DNA of 64,000 nt, taken from NCBI GenBank assembly GCA_030390025.1, contig CM059432.1, positions 78,928,001-78,992,000 of the forward strand, read 5' to 3'. This stretch comes from Squalus acanthias. Lineage: Eukaryota. Under the pieces are notes generated by a model. It did no database searches. It had not been told where the DNA came from and was given only the letters and a program-made list of their open reading frames with translations. The position numbers were made by a program, and so were the translations under genes. Below, piece by piece: positions 61,028 to 64,000 of the stretch (its first letter is position 1; each line of letters starts with the position of its first letter).

Positions 61028-61770
61028 TGTGCGAAAGACTGATATTTAGAGGTCCTTAGTAGATGAGAACCATATAAATTATATGTATAAATTTAAGTGC
61101 AGCCCATTGACCAACTAATCTTACCCATAACTACTCCTGGGTATGAAAATACTAAGGCTTGTTCAAAATGTAACCGCAAAGACAGTCAGAAACAGTCTTG
61201 ACTAGTTCTGATAACGGACAGTCACGCAGCTTACATGGGCTCCTTGATGCAGAAGGTACGAGGTCAGGCCTTGTACTGGTTGTACCAGGGAAGATAGGGA
61301 TAAGAGAGATGAGGCAAATTCCAATGGGGTGAAGTACATATAAATGAGATAACGATGAACATGATGAAGTCGTAGTAAAAATACTGGACCAGGCGGGGCC
61401 AAGATGCTAACCTTAATCTGAGTGACGGTGGTATTTTGACCATTAGAACCAATTAAAGGTGGTGATTTTGTTAAAGACCATATATGGACACTGGTCAAAC
61501 AAACGTTTGATAAAAGGGATAAAACCCCGATACTTGAAGAACAACTGCGAAGACCCAAGAGCGAAGGAACAGACTGAAGACGACATCACCTGTGTCCGAG
61601 AGGCTCCAGGGACCAAGGGCTGCGAGCTACTCATTAAACTATCGCCTGTTGTTAAGTATATTACTTTGTACTATGCTTAATAAATTCTTGATCTATTGCC
61701 CAAGTGCTATTGGTTGCTACCTATTTTGGTGTCTCATCCAAGAACTCTGAGAAATCATAAAGTTCTTACA
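61028..61770 (+). mobile_element. Solo LTR, 743 bp
   Basis: TG...CA ends (TGTGCG / CTTACA), perfect 4-bp TSD CACC (61024-61027, 61771-61774), TATA-like GATAAAA at ~61518, AATAAA at 61679-61684; splits an L2 3' tail (60950-61835). Confidence 0.82.
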
Positions 61771-62518
61771 CACCTCTGTGAAGTGCCTTCTGACTTGTTT
61801 TATGTTAAAGACACGATACAAATGTAAGTTGTTGCTTTTTGGAAGATACAATCTTCAGTCAGTAGCTGAGGTGTCTTCCAGTACCATAACTGGAATAAAC
61901 ATTATAACCAATGCATAAAGCAGTTATTAACATGTAACTTAACATTATGCCAAGCTCCAGAGTTGGAAAGCCATTCTTTAGGATTGAATTCACTGCAAGA
62001 AAAAGCTTTATTGGGCATTGGATAACTTGCCCAAAGTTACTTCCAAGAAACCAGAACCCATCTTCTCCAGTTCCTCTCGATGTCCCCACTGATGGATTGA
62101 GAGAATCTGAGACAATACTGACTGGTTCTGCTTTACAGTCATGTTATGTGCAAGTTGGCTAAAAGTAGCCAGAATTGAAGATATGTAGGATATATGGGAG
62201 GCATAGGATCAAATTGTAGTTTCTCTAGAAAGGTTGCAACCAAAAACACTACTTCCAATTTTTGTCCCTCTTTCAAGTGAGCAGCCAAGGAAATATGAAA
62301 TTACAAGACGCAATCATGAACCAAATTCTCAAGTGAGTGAGTGACATGGCTGAAGCAGCGATCCTTGCCTAAAGTTGAAATTTCCTAAATCAAGAGTATA
62401 ATTAGAGATTCTCCCAGTTGTCTTGTTTGGTTATTTATGTGAAATATGGATGATGTTAAATGTAGAAATATTTTTATGTAATGCATGCACACCTCAGAAG
62501 ACCAATGCCACAGCTTAC

Positions 62519-62668
62519 CTGTATTGGAGTTTCAAATCGTACAGTTTTTGAAGTATTTTGCGGCTTTATCTCAGACAAGATAACATTTCTGCTCCATGTA
62601 TTTGTGGTGATGTCCGATTTTTCAGGTAATAAGGTCCTCAGTAATGAGCTGGTCAACAGGCTTTCAGA
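62519..62668 (-). CDS. mybl1: Myb-related protein A, penultimate coding exon
   Basis: gtgttacag|SESLLTSSLLRTLLPEKSDITTNTWSRNVILSEIKPQNTSKTVRFETPIQ|gtaagc; 150 nt, phase 0-0, in frame with the terminal exon. Confidence 0.85.
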
Positions 62669-63000
62669 CTGTAACACAGAGGCAACTTATTTCCCCCATT
62701 TATGTTTGTTTCTCCAATTGCCACATTATTTCCTAATGAAAAGGGCATGTAAGCAAGCAACCTCTAAGTTCACCCAATGACTCAAGGCGACTGCCAGTGG
62801 ACATACAAGCCTAATATAGGTTGACTCACCTGTAATTTTTCTGCTCCCTGTGGAAAGCAAGTAGCCTCAAAAATGCATCTTTTGACTAGAACAATATTTA
62901 CTCTGATAAATTTATGTTTTGCCACTTTTTCCCCATCCTCTCCTGAAGGTGCTGACTCTTGTTAGGTGTAGTTGCACAGGTGCCAAAAGGAGGGGGAAAA

Positions 63001-63057
63001 GAGAGAGAGACACACACACAGAGAGGGAGAGGGAAAAAAGAGGGCGAAAGAGAGAGG

Positions 63058-63117
<60 letters not shown>

Positions 63118-63260
63118 AAGAGAGAGAAAGAAAAAGAGAGGGAGAGAGAGAGAGAGGGGGAGAGAGAGAGAGAGAGGGGAGAGAGACAGACAGAGAGCGA
63201 GAGAGGGAGGGAGAGAGACAGATAGAGGGGTAGAGAGAGAAAGAAAGAGACAGAGACAGG
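63001..63260. repeat. (GA)n microsatellite with degenerate flanks
   Basis: Pure (AG)n at ~63061-63113 within a longer purine tract. Confidence 0.95.
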
Positions 63261-63529
63261 GAAATACACACACATATACCTTCCAGCAAGAGTCAATGAT
63301 AGCAATCAGGGAAAGCAATCATATCTGATTTTCTCCCTCCCTATCTATAGAAGTAAGAGCTAGGCTGCATGACTGCTCTGTAGATGGATATTGAACTTCT
63401 TTCAAAGAAGAATAAAACCATATCTATGGTGTACAAATGACAATTCTTCCCAATGAATGCATACTATCGTCATCTCGCTGTTTTCTTTTCCTTCTGTATT
63501 ATAAATCTTGCAAATAAATTTGACTGTTA

Positions 63530-64000
63530 GTTTTAGCCAAATCTATCTTTCCCGCAACTCCATGTTTGAATTTCTCCAATCGGGTATTCGCCCTTGCCAC
63601 AGCATTGAAACAGGCCTACTCAAAGTCGCAAATTATATCCTTTGTGACTATGGTGCATTATCCCTCTTCATCCTCCTCAACCTCTCTTGGTTTTCAAAAC
63701 AATCAATCACACCATCCTCCGCCAATACTTCTCTTCTGTTGTCCAGCTCAGTGGGATTGCCCTCACGGATCCACTCTTATCTATCCAAACCTATCTAGAA
63801 CATCTACAGCACCTTCCAGAACGCGCACTATTACTTCTGGAGACGCCAGGATCTATCATTGGCCCCCTCCTACCATATGTACACTGATCATACTCAGCTC
63901 TACGTCTCCATCTCTCATGACCCTTTCACCGCCTCTGTGCCGTCAGACTGCTTGTTTGACTTCCAGTCCTTGACAAGCTGCAATTTCATCCAATAAAGCA
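63530..64000 (+). mobile_element. Old L2 LINE RT fragment (runs off the window)
   Basis: QSGIRPCHSIETGLLKVANYILCD...PGSIIGPLL. Confidence 0.8.

Noticed and set aside
62898..63328. ER- and SL-repeat ORFs
   Set aside because: Translation artefacts of the (GA)n microsatellite.
1..64000. CRISPR arrays, operons or prokaryotic defence systems
   Set aside because: Eukaryotic intron-exon DNA with no regularly spaced repeat-spacer structure; all RT ORFs are broken LINE copies.

Overview
Repeat-dense vertebrate genomic DNA, almost certainly from a cartilaginous fish (shark-type CR1/HER1-like, L2, CR1-Zenon-like and RTE LINEs, DeuSINE-like and LF-SINE-like SINEs, Penelope fragments). Two host genes converge tail-to-tail. 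On + is the 3' part of vexin (vxn/C8orf46): an AHI1-like SH3 exon at 2985-3147 and a terminal exon ending ...GTTNNAFEPD* at 15855. On - are the last two coding exons (62519-62668, 56199-56324) and a ~3.1-kb repeat-free 3'UTR of mybl1 (A-Myb). Between them lies a structurally complete 4.2-kb PIF/Harbinger transposon (37968-42169; TIRs, TTA target duplication). It carries a DDE transposase with one in-frame stop and a convergent three-exon Myb/SANT partner gene. The window also holds a second, divergent Harbinger Myb gene with the same intron positions and an unexpectedly conserved intron segment, an old transposase relic, many MITEs, two solo-LTR-like inserts and several nested LINE piles. Main leads: (1) vxn may be a cryptic genome-duplication paralogue of AHI1, since vxn-mybl1 mirrors AHI1-MYB; (2) a near-resurrectable two-component Harbinger system with a conserved intronic element. 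Family names and gene symbols come from recalled sequence similarity, not from database searches.
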